From Eledone cirrhosa (taxonomy: Eukaryota): DNA of 64,000 nucleotides. The DNA is taken from the NCBI GenBank assembly GCA_964016885.1, contig OZ024740.1:105586001-105650000 (forward strand), written 5' to 3'. Below are positions 40,588-54,611 of the stretch, piece after piece. The translations under genes were made by a program, and so were the position numbers. Within the stretch, counting starts at the first letter, position 1, and each line of letters starts with the position of its first letter. Under the pieces are notes generated by a model. It had not been told where the DNA came from. It saw only the letters and a list, made by a program, of their open reading frames with translations, and searched no databases.

Positions 40588-41759
40588 AATGGCGTGCTGC
40601 GTGGTTGCAAATGGGTTACATATGAATAAAATTAGTCCTTCATCAGTGATCTCCCAACCTTCATTGGTATTTCTTCGCTTTAAAGATCATATACCTCTGG
40701 TTGGTGCGAGCAATAACTAAAGAAAGTTATTGGGACACGTAAAATAGGGTGCAACCACGCAGCACGTCATTTTTCATATATTTATATTTTTTCCTCCGCT
40801 GTGACTTGTCTGTTTCTTTCTTACTGCTTCCCCTTTCTCTGTATATCTCACCCTATTTTTACACCCTCTGTCAGTCTCTCTCTCAGCTGGCCTCTTCCTC
40901 ACACTTTCACTAACTCACTCTCTGCTACTCCTCCTCTCACTTCCTCCCGTTTGACCTGCGTAAAATCCTTTTTCTCCCTCACATCCCACCCAGGTCGGAT
41001 GGTCTTTATCTCTCGTCTATGATTTCACAGAACTTAAGTTCATAGATATCACGTACTTGTCTCTTTTCTTCCTCTCTTTCCGTTGCATTACCATCTATGT
41101 TTGTATACATGTCTCGTTCGCTTCACCCTATTTTATGTTTTCCAATAACTTTCTTTAATTATTGCTCGCACCAACCAGAGGTATATGATCTTTAATGCGA
41201 AGAAATGCCAATGAAGGTTGGAAGATCACTGATGAAGGACTAATTTTATTCATATGTAACCCATTTGCAACCACGCAGCACACCATTTTTCATATATTTA
41301 TATTTTTTCCTCCGCTGAGACTTGTCTGTTTCTTTCTTACTGCTTCCCCTTTCTCTGTATCTTTCACCCTCTTTTTACCCCCTCTGCCAGTCTCTCTCTC
41401 AGCTGGCCTCTTCCTCACACTTTTATCACTCACTCTCTGCTAAACCCCTCTCTAACTTCCTCCCGTTTGATCTGTGTGAAATCCTATTCTCGCTCACATC
41501 TCACCCAGGTTGGATAGTCTTTATCTCTCGTCTATGATTTCACAGAATTAAAGTTCATAGATATCACTGACTTGTTTCTTCTCTTCCTCTCTTTCCGTTG
41601 CATTATCATCGATGTTTGTTTACATGTCTCGCTCGCTTCACCTTAATTTACGTGTTCCAATAATTTGTTTTAGTTATTGCTCGCACCAACCAGAGGTATA
41701 TGATCTTTAAAGCAAAGAAATACCAATGAAGGTTGGAAGATCACTGATGAAGGAGTAAT

Positions 41760-41760
<1 letters not shown>
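40582..41760 (+). repeat. About 515-bp tandem unit (about 2 copies) with inverted 5' segment, in (TA)n
   Basis: GCAACCACGCAGCAC at 40751 and 41267; 40582-40750 is an inverted copy of part of the unit. Confidence 0.85.
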
Positions 41761-41824
<64 letters not shown>

Positions 41825-41880
41825 ACACACATGTATATATATAATACACATATATACATACATACACACACACACATATG

Positions 41881-41937
<57 letters not shown>

Positions 41938-41939
<2 letters not shown>

Positions 41940-42860
41940 CCCTGGAGCAGATATCTCAAAGAACTCCGTCATCCCATCAGGTGTAATGACTTGGGCTTTG
42001 GTGTTAGTGTAGAGCAGGGAGATACATTGGCTTCCTACTTCTTTATCATCGTGAGTGGACTATTGTATGCGCCTTGCATTGGAGAAACACAAGGACTCTG
42101 GATTTACTGTAACACTGGATCAGAGTTAATGCGGAAAAGATATCGGATGCTGAATTTGCCGACGACATAGTTCTGGTGACAAATACGATGCGTGTGGAGC
42201 TGATAATGAATGAGGTTAAGAAGTATCTGGTAGAGAATATTAAGAAGCCAGAGAAGATAACGAATATAGGCAGGAAACCGCTAGAATTGGTTGAGGACTT
42301 CCTGTATCTGGGAGCAAAGATTGGGAATAGCGAAGATGATGTGGTCGAGAGGAAGAGCAAAGCCTGGGTGGCGTACCACAGTTTGAGATCGGTGTGGAAG
42401 TCGGACCTTCTTAAAGACCTGAAGATCCGTCTCTTCATTGCTGTAGTGGAATCTGTGCTGTTGTACGGGTCTGAGAATTGGACACTGACCAAGAAACTCA
42501 CTCAGATGGTAGATGAGTGCTACACGAGAATACTGAGGATGGCTCTGAACATTAATCAGTATACACTGAGAGGGAAGAACTCAGAGCTGTACGGGAACCT
42601 CCCAAACGTCAGCTCGAAAGTAGCACAAGGAGACTGACGTTAGCTGGAAATGCTCAACGACATTCAGAGTTGAACTACACTCATTGCTCCCGTGGGAGCC
42701 CCTGCATGGACACACTGAAAGAGGGATACGGAGGTTCACATATGTTGATGCCCTAAGGACAAACACTAGTCTCTTGGAGACGCAGGACATGGCAGCGATG
42801 ATGAGAGACAAAGACCGCTGGAGAGAACTCGTTCATGGATCTCTGGAATGTTATCCGCCC
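41938..42860 (+). mobile_element. RTE-clade LINE fragment (internally deleted RT)
   Basis: [44 protein letters not shown]. Confidence 0.88.
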
Positions 42861-42896
42861 TATATATATATATATATATATAAATATATATATATA

Positions 42897-43880
42897 TATT
42901 TATTAAAATAACAGATCAAAGAAACGTTTCGTTGAGGCTTTCCCGTCTTTCCACCAACGAGCGTATTTTCAACGACCATTCCACTTATTACAATGAAGCT
43001 CTTGGTCGAAGTGGATTTGTCGATAAGGTAGCATATACAGAGTACGAAAATAGACCTAGAAGAAATAGATCCCGTCGCATTTATTGGTATAACCCACCAT
43101 ATAATATCGAGGTGGCAACACCATTAGCTAAGATCTTTCTTTCCCTTATTATGAAGCATTTTCCCCCTACACATAAGTATAGTAACATTTTGAATAGAAA
43201 TACTATTAAAATTTCTTACTCTACGACTCCTAACCTTGCACATAACATCACAGATCAAATTTAGCTAAGGAACACGTGCAACCCTGTAGTTAGTACTAAC
43301 TGTAATTGTAGGAGTCGGGTTGATTGCCCCCTATCCGGGAAATGCCTCTCTAGTAACATTGTCTACAAATGTAAGGTTGTAACACCCACGTCCCTACATA
43401 GGGTTAACCGCCAATAGATTCAAGCAGCGTCTTTACATGCATACCCATTCTTTTTGTTACCCTCTAAGAAGGAATATGACGTCACTTTCAGCTTATATCT
43501 GGAGTCTAAAAGACAACCACACCCAATATAAGTTACACTGGGAGATCCTAGCTAGGGCTAGATCGTATAACGGAATTAAAAGACAATGTTACCTCTGCGC
43601 CGCTGAGGCCCTGGAAATACTCTACGCCACAGACCACATCTTAAACAAAAAATCTGAGGCAATTTCGGCTTGTAAACATAAATTGCACAAAACTTTCCTG
43701 TATTACAGCCCCACGTTATACCCTAACGGATAGTACGATTTATACGTGGATATTTTACGTCTTGATGTGGGAGCTAAGTATGTTTTGTTTATACCATTAC
43801 TTATTTGTATAGCGAACGTTTCCACGAACCAAAGTATCGTCCTCCTGTCTTCCTCCGGTTGCAACGTTTTTTGAAAGTAC
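42897..43880 (+). mobile_element. Penelope-like (Naiad-like) 3' fragment with GIY-YIG
   Basis: RLSRLSTNERIF, WYNPPY, KISYSTTPN, NCNCRSRVDCPLSGKCL, CYLC, CKH; same family as 59560-60040. Confidence 0.88.
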
Positions 43881-43881
43881 T

Positions 43882-44198
43882 ATCAGCCCACGACAAAAAT
43901 CTCACTCGCATCTCAACAACAATACGGCACAATTATTTCACCTCAATTGGCCCGCTCTCTTTAAGATTACACCAAAACACATTAAAACAGAAACAGACTC
44001 CATCAAGTTCAAGAAGTCTTTGGACAAATCCCCTAAAGCAATCCCGGATAAACCTCCTACGCCCGTAAACAATAACTCCCCACTTGAGTGGGCCATGTTA
44101 CCCAAATCCTGATTTGAAAGACTTCGTCAGGTGGAGCTATTAAGTTAGACATGGCCTGGGTCAATACTGGCCGAAACCTATAAAAGTTATCAAAGTTT
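43882..44198 (+). mobile_element. CR1-group LINE 3' end
   Basis: Homologous to 9470-9799 including the tail. Confidence 0.88.
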
Positions 44199-44512
44199 TA
44201 TATATATATATATAAGAAAGTAAGTCCATAGAATCATTAGCTAAAACATATACAGTATCTCTTCTCCCAATCAGCATAATCAACCGTACAAAAAATCATT
44301 TAAACGAGGCTATAAGTTTAAAATATACCTATGAAGAAATAATAGATAAATAAATGATAGCTTATTATCCGCGATTCACAGCCACATAATATTTACCTAG
44401 TATTTCTAATAGCCTGTAGAAATTGACTAGACATATAGCTAACCATACATAATAGGTACAAAATCAAAGTTAGAAGAAAAAGTGTACATAAACATACCCA
44501 AATCATCAAACA

Positions 44513-44597
44513 TATCTCTACCCCCGAGGGTTTCATTCGCTTTTTGGAAATATCCGATCATGGATAAATCAACGAGTTTCGAAATCATCAGGAGACA
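44513..44597 (-). ncRNA. Type I hammerhead (family J) in an about 712-bp unit (44212-44951)
   Basis: UGUCUC-CUGAUGA-U UUCG..CGAA U-GAAA-CCC UCGG GGG-UA-GAGAUA; direct repeat TAAGAA.GTAAGTCCATAGAA at 44212 and 44924. Confidence 0.8.
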
Positions 44598-45244
44598 AAC
44601 TCAATTTGGACAAAGATTTTTCTTAAATGATCCCCGCCAGAAACGAATTCAAAATGGCTAAGAATTGTCACGTGGCCAGTGATCAAGTCAGAAAGGTTGT
44701 GATAGGTGCCTGACGGCGAGTATGCTGGTTGTTAGAAAGCGCAGCTGAATACCGTCTAAAGTTTTACTCAACCTTATGGGAGTATATAAAATTTAGAAGT
44801 TTACATACACATAAACTAGACAGAACCATATATATATATATATATATATGTTTTTGGCAACCATTCACGGTGTGGCCCAGTGACGAATTAATTAATTGAA
44901 TAATCAACAAGCAGAGCAATATATAAGAAGGTAAGTCCATAGAACCATTAGATAATATATATATATATATATGTAATCTGAGTTTTTCGAAAATTAATAA
45001 TAATTCTTGCTCTTGTGTTGGCATTTTTTAATTGAATACGGCAAAGCCGGTCTTTGATCGCTCGCATACAGGAAACTGACTGGCCAGTCTGCTGATATGC
45101 AAATCTGGCTGATCACTGGATCTGCTAATATGAAGATCTGACTGATCAGGAAGTCTGCTAATATGCAAATCAGGCCGATCAGTCACTGTATATTTTAGAA
45201 AATATATATTTTCACTAGCCTTGAGAGTTGGCAGGTGAACAGTG

Positions 45245-45292
45245 AACTGTACTGATGAAGACTAACACCCAGAAACATTAGTGTCTGCAATT
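45245..45292 (+). ncRNA. Hammerhead (family F), degraded stem II
   Basis: AACUGUA-CUGAUGA-..-GAAA-CAUUAGUG-UC-UGCAAUU. Confidence 0.6.
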
Positions 45293-46062
45293 ATGTTTAC
45301 ATGTCAATACAAGAGCAAGAATGAGGTGCTCATTCTACTGACATAGCTTTAAAAATGAGGCTTGTTTGCATAATTGTAAACGAATCGAATATTATTATTA
45401 ATATTCGAAAAACTCAGATTACATTTATTGTATTCAGCCATGTATACCGAAATTATTTTTATTATCTATCTATCTCTCTCTATATGTATATATATATATA
45501 TTGTATGTGTGTGTGTCTGTGTGTTTTTGCATGTATGTGTATCATGTATATCTTTAGGTGATGTATATCGACGAAGGATGTTAACTTGGGCAAAAAACCG
45601 AAAAAGTGATGTCTTACAAACATTCGCTTTCTCTCTCTTTCGCTGTCAGAAATTCAATGAATCAGAATCAGTGACTGGCCGTTAGCAACTTGAAACTAAT
45701 GATGTTATTGTTCACCATCTGCAAAATAACATAAATAAATAAATAAACGAATACAATATAAGTTTTTCATAAAGAGTTCCGCGAATGATTGTAGAAATGA
45801 AAAGCTATTGGACTATCTGCTCGTTGGGTGTTATGTGAAATAATTTGCTGCTGGTACTAAATACTACTACTGAACAGAGTTCTTAATTCAGTGTTTGTGT
45901 CCCTCACAAGATGGTGCCATCTGCTGTAAAATTTTACCTGCAATATGCTGAAAACATGGCTTATATTCTTTTGTTTTTTATTCGGAATAAAATCCAGTTG
46001 AATTATTGATTTCAACTTTGAATATAAAACACCTGTCAGGAAATTTGCTTCTATTATTATTG

Positions 46063-46280
46063 TGGATTGGCAGTATAGGTAGAGCGTCGGACACCATTTT
46101 TCGGGGCATAGAGTTACGGCCCTTTATGTTCTGATTTCAATTCTGCCAATGTTAGCTTTGCCTTTCATGCTTAGGGGTTCGATGAAATAAAGTACTAGTA
46201 TCGCACAGGGGTCAATATAATCAACTTTCCAGTTTCCTTCAAATTACTAGCCTTGTTCCAAATGTAGAAACAATTATTAT
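46063..46280 (+). mobile_element. tRNA-derived SINE, diverged
   Basis: Family motifs. Confidence 0.75.
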
Positions 46281-46449
46281 TGTGCCCACACGATTCTTAA
46301 CATGGTCGAATGTTTATTTCTTATATGTGAGTAACTCCATTAATTAAAGCTAAGAATCAGCCCTTTTAAATCACTTGAGTCTTGCGTGACATTATATTTA
46401 CGTATCTCATTGGATTGCAGATGTATCTCTGTAAACGTATATTTTATGT

Positions 46450-46953
46450 ATCTTTATATATCTTTACTGGCCCTCTCATTGAAAGTTATCGTGCCAAAAG
46501 CGAATATGGAACTAAACGTCTTTAACCAAGTTTGTCTTACCGAAGGGTCTTTGGAGTAACGTTATTCGATAGAGTGTGGAGCTTGAAGATCAGGGAGTCG
46601 CTCCACGTAAAGCCGCTACTTCTCCAAATTAGAGAGATCACAGCAGCAATACTAAGCAGCATGTTGTTAGAATGTCTCAGCCGGCAGGGAAAACAGAGAT
46701 AGACTCTCTACATGATGGTTGGATAAAATCTATGAGCACGGTTGGTCTAGTTTGGGGATCAAGCCGGATCAATTGAAGACGGTTGCATCTGACAGGACCC
46801 ATTGGAAGGTGTGCTTGAGGACTCTGCCCCCACGAACCTCCTAGGAATATGATAGTGAAGAAGAAGAAGAAGAAGAAGAAGAAGAAGAAGAAGAAGAAGA
46901 AGAAGAAGAAGAAGAAGAAGAAGAAGAAGAAGAAGAAGAAGAAGAAGAAGAAG
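46450..46953 (+). mobile_element. RTE-type LINE 3' end with (GAA)n tail
   Basis: Plus-strand translation WLDKI...GIKPDQLKTVASDRTHWK resembles the RTE C-terminus; (GAA)n at 46858-46953. Confidence 0.6.
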
Positions 46954-47297
46954 GTCACTACTCAATGAAAGATGACGACTTACTAGAGGTGTTACAGCAT
47001 CAAATAAAATACATCGTGTGCTTTTTCAAGTTTTCTGTACTCCATGTCCAAATTCTACCAATGTCAACTTTTCTTTCAACTCTTTCCATGTGGATATTTT
47101 ATTTACCAGATCGATACTAAAATAGTTGTTTATGAAATTTATATCGAAGTCGCCGAGTATTCAACATATACGTATGCCCATATTGATATTCTTAGAAGAA
47201 ATTAGTGTGACATAATGTCAAAAGCTTGAGCATTTAAATTATGTGTACAAACCAGAGAACATGAAAGGTTGATAAATAAGTAGATAGATAGATAGAG

Positions 47298-47369
<72 letters not shown>

Positions 47370-47971
47370 GGAGAGAGCGTATGTGTCAAAGAGAAGAATC
47401 GAGTTCAGTGCTGAGCCGGTACTTTACTTATTGACCAGAGATGAAATCAGCGGGAATTTAGCACAGAGCTGAGAAACCTGGAACGTATTTTACAATATAT
47501 ATTCTATTCAACATTCTAGCGCTTCTGTCAATTCACTGCCTGGAAAATCTGAAACTATTAAAATTCTCTTGTAAATCCACTGAAATATTGTTTTTTTTAA
47601 TCATACATTTCTGAACAATCGATTCGTTGCTTATTGGGATCAAAATGGTAAATTTATAGTTCATGGAGACTTTTGTATTTACTTTCTACATTTCCTTTTG
47701 TTCATCTGTCTTTTCATGAAAGTTTCTTACAAAAAGTGATAAAGCTGATACATTTACTTGCTGGAAGGAGATCAGAATTGCTGGGCTTCTTACAAAACCA
47801 TAAAGGCTGTGAAATATAAGTATTGAAAGAAAATGAAAAAAAATAGGAACTTGTGGTTTTCGTACATGTGTAAAGGGCATAAGTAATTTTAGGCGTTCCA
47901 TGTTCTCCAAAATAAATACCCTACAAATCGAAACTAAAAGGGCAGACTGGTATTAAGAGCAGCAACGGCGA

Positions 47972-48045
<74 letters not shown>

Positions 48046-50335
48046 CAACAGCAGCAAGAAGAGAAAATGGGTGATACAAAATATGAGACGGATAGTAAAA
48101 AAAAAAAAAGAATAAAAAAAGGGAGAAAGGAATGTAGAAAGAGAGAAGTAAGAAAAAAACAAAGAGAGAAAGAAAAGTGATAACACTGGTAATATACATG
48201 AGAAAAATGATTTATTCTATCTCGACAGAAGCTCCTGATATTGAATGACGGGAGAAGAAAAAGGTGATTTGACGTTCATGCGCTCATCTGAATATACGAT
48301 AACTAGATATAACTTAGATTGATTTCTGTGAAGAGACACAATGTTTTAGGTTTATACGAGAGAAGAAATTGAGATTGTGTTACATTTTTACTTGTCTTAT
48401 TTTACATTAACAACATAGGTAAAGTTAATTAGCCTCAACCAACCATGAAAACTAGGTCTCAGTCACTGGAGTCAGCAAAGGAGTTTATATGGTTGTTAGA
48501 TCTGCTAGAAAATGCAGCTAGATCTTTCCTCTCAAACAATTTCAATGGCATCTTTAATAAAAAGAGGACACATTGGATATTTTAGTCAGAGATCAATGGT
48601 TTGAAATGACGTGAGGAAGGTCTTTAAATATAGGTCTGCTAGATGTGGACTGATTTGGCGAGCTAAACAACAACTAAATCACAGGCGATTTGGCACGAGG
48701 TACTTCTTTGTTACCGAATAGTTCTTCTCATCAAATATGGTATTATTTTAATGTAAAGTATTTCCTCTACTACACTTTAATGGGGAACTAGATATAATTT
48801 AGTATGGTAGACTTAATTGAGAATTGTAGACTTGATCTTAGGTGGTGTATTTAATCGTTCGACCGGTTTAAAACTATTACCTGGCTCATCAGTGCCTTTG
48901 TCGGAGACCATTCATTCTGTTACAAGTATTCAGATCAGTTCTCCAGTTTGAGGATACTTTCCTCCCACCTGTCTTAGAAGCTCTGAAATAACCACAGGCA
49001 CTGACTGACTAAGTGGTAAAAAAAAAAAAAAATCTCTGAGTGTTTTTTTTTTCAAATGTCCACAGAATTTGGTATGCGGGATAAACCAAGAGAAAGTACA
49101 TCCGCTGAGCAATTACTGCCATCCTAGTTCTGTTCTAGACTGAAATCAGCTAATGGCTTTTGGAAAAAAAGTAGGGATCTTAAAATTCCATTCTTGTTTT
49201 ACCCCTTTCATATTATTTATTTATTTATTTATTGCCTAGCAACGTAGGCACCAATATAAAAAGAAAGCTTTAAAAAACGCAACTGTCACCGCTCAATAAA
49301 ACATCTAGTAAAGCACAACAGCACAGCATACGATAATAGTCTTGCTAATGGTTCTTTATAATGTGCTATTCCATATAAAAGTAGTATTTTAACAACAATA
49401 ATAACAACAACAACATCAATAACAACAACAAAAGCAAATAAATAAAGGAAATAAAAAGAGAACGAAAAGAAATATAGGCGAATTTATGCGAAATGCCTTT
49501 TGATATCGTATAATTATCCTAACATAGTTTCTTTTTCCAAAACTAGTATAGTTTACACTAAGAAATAATACATAAATATACAATTTCTTTTGATATATAA
49601 AAGAAAATCAAAAATTAGAAAAAGCTTTGTAAGTAGAGAAAACGGAACGAATAATAAACCGTAAGATACAAAAAGATAAAAAAAAACCAACAAAATTATG
49701 AAAAATAATTTTAGGTTTTATACAATGAAGAACAAATATTTATTTTTGATTTCCACGAGACAGATTTTCTTATGGAGCTAAAAATAAAAAAAAAACCTGA
49801 CTAGTTTTTTGCTAACTTTGATATATTTTCCCTAGAAATAGACGCAGAATTATTGGTAACAGTATAAATAAAATCGTAGAAATTGGTTGTATCGTTCTGT
49901 GAAGGGAAAATAAATAAATACAAGTATTGGATCCCAGTATAGATGAATACCTGACGATGACGTCATATATGCTATTGAGGATTTTCTGGACCAACAGTAT
50001 GAAAGCTTCTTCACCAATAGGATCCAACAAATACAACACTGATGTGTGGACCGCGGGAAAGACTATGTTGAAAAATAAACCTTATTTGGGCAAATTCCAT
50101 GAGAGTATCTTGGGCAGCCTATGAACTTTTCAGCCGCCCCTCGTACATATAAATATCCACGTGCCCACAAAGTCACACACCTACATATATAATATATAAA
50201 GGGTGAATGTATGTATAACGATATAATGTATAAACTGTGAGTGTATATATAACGATATAATATATTGTCTTGTTGATGTGAAAAACCCCAAACGTCGCCC
50301 TTTGTTATCTATCTCGTATCTATTTATATTTTTTA

Positions 50336-50417
50336 TACAACGCGTCCCCCCAAAATGTATACACATATTTATTTGAATGCTGTTGAAGTGAGTATACATT
50401 TTTTGGGACACCCTGTA
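50336..50417. mobile_element. Tc1/mariner-type MITE
   Basis: TIR-like CAGGGTGTCCCAAAAAATGTATAC with TA flanks; further mariner-type ends at 50115-50145 and 50486-50516. Confidence 0.6.
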
Positions 50418-51664
50418 TATCAATCTATTTCTACTTATCTTTTCATCTGTGTGAAGTGAACTCACGACCTATCTGTTTTAATATATACGAGGATCGGCTG
50501 AACATTTCATAGGCTGTCTAAGAAGGAATGATGCTGGAGCTATGAAATCGTACATGCATTAATTTCAAATCTTCTTATTAATAACTATCCTTTTCAGCCG
50601 GCCTTCGTATGCATCAATATGTTCAGTTGTGGCATTTAATAATAGAAGCTCTATGTTACAATAGTTTTACTTGAAATATTAATACAGTCCATGTATTGAC
50701 TTACGTTTTAAAAACCTGACTACCACTACCACCACCACCACCACCACTACTACTACTACTACCGCTGCTGCTCTTGCAGCTAGTTCCGCTGCTGCTGTTG
50801 TTGTTGCTGCTGCTGCTATTGTTGCTACTGCTAATATTAATATCAGAAATGCTCAACGACCTCAATGATATAGTTTAAATTTTATATACGGATACACATT
50901 CTTTAGACACTCAGTGGGATTTACCCTCAGCACAAATATTTAATGAACCCCTTGTTACCATTATCCCACTGCTGTTAATCCTGATGTTCAAGTAAGTAAA
51001 CTGGGCTATTTCAGAATATTGTGCCTCCGTCACAGACCCAACGTCGAAGTCAGTATATGAACTTCCGTCATCTTGACTGGCTTTCCACTACCCCTATATT
51101 TACTTGGTCATCCGCATATTCACCAATTATAAAGATATATAAATACATTTTTACGATAGCAAACAGTCATGACTGGTGTAGACATTGTCTACTTGATTAC
51201 CAACTGCTCTTGGCTGGTAAACCTAAACAGTCACTTGGTTTAACATCAGCACCTGACACCTTGGTATCTTTAACAGAGTCCACTTTCGCAAGCCTCCTCT
51301 TTGAGGACAATGTCCGCCCATTTCTATCATCAGTTTAAAAAATACTGAAAAATTTCACAGGCATTGTACAACCTCATCTAATAAATCCTAAAAAAATGAA
51401 TAAAGGATCGATAGATTGTATCTTGCCTCTGGTAAGTTTGCTGAGTCTGTGGTCAAGATATTTGATACCTAATGTCAAACATCTAATTGTACGTACATAA
51501 GTACCGCAGTTCGCTATTCTAAGCATGCGTTATAACAATGGTAGGTGTTTTCATTAACACAGGTCTGATAGGTTATAATAGATAACCTTTCCTAACCCCA
51601 GCAGGCGCGATTATCTATTATCAGATGAATATCTTCATTCGTATTTACCAAGAAGAGTGTAGAG

Positions 51665-52017
51665 TAGTGTTTCCCAGCCTTGGCAATATCGCCCACCGGT
51701 GGGCGATTTCAACTTGTTGGTTGGACGATGAGCAGCTGAACAGAAAATAGTGGGGGACTGGAAAATTTGGTGGACGATATAGGATTTTGAGTATTAAGAA
51801 AGTATTTCAACATATGCTACCTGAAACAATATTCAAAGGGGATATGCAAAGAATTAATATAAAAGAAAGAGGAGGCTAAATGGGAATAATGAACCAGAAA
51901 CAAATTTTACCAAACACTTTTTGTAGTTACTATTTTGAATAGTTACTATACAGGTGGCCGGTGGAAAATGTTTCCGCGTGAAAGTGGACGATGACACAAA
52001 AAGGTTGGCAAACCCTG
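51665..52017. mobile_element. hAT (Charlie-like) non-autonomous element
   Basis: Ends TAGTGTTTCCCAGCCTT / AAGGTTGGCAAACCCTG with subterminal palindrome ATCGCCCACCGGTGGGCGAT. Confidence 0.6.
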
Positions 52018-52454
52018 GCTTAAAGTATAGATCTTACCAGATATGAATTTGCAATCCATCTTCATTTAGAACTTGAAACATTTTTATTCATTTGCTATTG
52101 AATAGCTGCGGAAAAATAACCTAAAACATTATAATTTCCCATTCTTCCCATCGCTAAAAATATTTTCTGATCGTGCTGCACATACAAAAGCGAAATATCC
52201 ATATCTGTTATTAAAGAGATTACCATTTTTTCGAGCTATTCACCACAACTTTTTTAATATCTACCCCAACACCATTTTTTTATCAGTTCGACCTTCGACC
52301 ATCATTAGGGGTATTTGATATGTACATAGTACATGGCATGATTTATTTGGCAGGATTAGAGTGGAAGTGGACATATCCGTCACAGGCTCTTCGAAACTTA
52401 GGCCACTGATGCATGCACAATATTTTCAATTGAACAAGAAAACATGATTATTTT

Positions 52455-52612
52455 GGTGGATTGGCAGTATCGGTAGAGGGTCGAACGCCATGCTTTGCAG
52501 CAGAGTTACGGCCCTTTATGGTCTGAGTTCAAATCCCAAGGAGGTTAACTTTGCCTTTCATCCTTACGGGGTCAATAAAATAAAGTACCAGTAATACACT
52601 GGGGTAATTGCT
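52455..52612 (+). mobile_element. tRNA-derived SINE
   Basis: Family motifs. Confidence 0.82.
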
Positions 52613-53040
52613 TTCATTATATTCAAACATTTCTCCCGAGAGTTAACAGTAATAATGTGAATGATAGAAATTAAGGTTGTCCAGATGAACTATTATCAAC
52701 TGGAAATCGAAATAATGTTTCTCTTCAACCTATTCCCTATAGCAATAGCGAGATTAGATCTCTTTTCACTTGAAACAGTTCAATTATATTTAAAAAAAGA
52801 AATGCCACAGGTTAAGTCACCAAGTTCATGAAATCCTTAATTGCATTAGAGATATAAATTGGGTGTACACATATAAACAAAGAAGCTGACTTAAGAAGCA
52901 TTAAGACAACTAGAAACTTGAAATGCACATGTCACATAATAATAGTCGATCATTATAAATATTAGTTAGAATAGTCAGAGATATCTGCGAGGAATCGAAT
53001 TCCGTATATATATACATATACAACTCTACCAGGAGTAATG

Positions 53041-53152
<112 letters not shown>

Positions 53153-54461
53153 GTGTGTGTGTTTGTGTGTGTATGTATATGTGTATACACACATACATAC
53201 ATATACACATACATGTATATACGTATATACATGAATGTATGTATATGTGAGTGTGTGTGTATATAAGTTTGAATTGAAACTTGATCTTAAATGTTGCTCA
53301 ATAGATTTCTCTTCCAAATTAGATGTCATCATTTGAGATCTGAAGATATTATTGTAGTAGAGAAGATGTAAAATCACTCGCAAGGTGAACAGTTCTATTG
53401 TAGATACAAGAGCAATGGGTAACAAAATGTATAAGCTGTTCTTCTATAATTAGTGAGAGTAGCTCAGACTTTAATCCATTACGGCTGCCTCTACTGAAAT
53501 AGTTTTAGATATTCGTAAAATTAATAGAGTCTATAGTTGGAGACTTTTCTTACACAAAGCGATTCCGCCTACCATGTAATGTCATTAGATGATCGTTTCA
53601 GCAAACCGTGTTATAAATTAGACTGTTTAATCTGTCTCATATCCCCTTCAAACGAACACCAATTTTAACTCTCACCGTAGACCAGGTACTACTCCATCCT
53701 GTTTGCCAAGACCACAGAGTGGACTGACCTTAAGTTTCATTTATTGTCGTGGCATGTGGAATAAATTTACTTAAGCTTTAGCAACACAATGAAACATGTA
53801 CAATGGGCTAACATAGTATGCATGCAGGTGGACTTTGATGTAAAAGTTAAACTAATGTTTTGTAAAATTGACGCAAAATGAGCAATTCGGGAGAAAGGGA
53901 AAACCAATTATATCGACCTTAGTACTTAACTGAACCTTAATTTTATCGATCCAGGAAAGCTGAAAACAATAGTTGATATCAGCGGGATTTGAACTCGGAA
54001 CTTAAAGAGCTGGAACAAATGCCGCAAAGAATATTATTCGATGCGTTAACGATTCCACTGATCAATCGCCCTTCACAGTTAAATCAATGCAATCAGAAAA
54101 CGAGTGTTCCACCACGGGTGGGGAATGAAAATAAAAGGGAAAGATATGAATAAAAAAACACACATCTCTTAAACATCCGGCAATGATGCGTCCACGAAAA
54201 ACAAGAATATATATATATAATTAAATGACAGGAGGCTGGATTTGTGTAAATCCTTGAAAGGTTTATTATACTATGATCATTTCAATGATCATTTCAATCC
54301 AGCCTCCTGTCATTTCATTATAATATTTAACTCCGTAATAGCACCACCAACTACAAAAACAAAGACGGTTGAACTGCTTTACGTTGAGTACTCTCTATAT
54401 TATTACATTACGATTGACCATACGGAATAGACCAGCTCTATACAGTGGTAAACCTCAAGCC

Positions 54462-54541
<80 letters not shown>

Positions 54542-54611
54542 GATATGATTACATCAAATCAAATAGTAATAATAATAATAATGGTTTCTTATATAGGCAC
54601 AAGGCCAGTAA

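Noticed and set aside
51021-51338. 105-aa non-repetitive ORF
   Set aside because: No recognisable domain or convincing gene structure.
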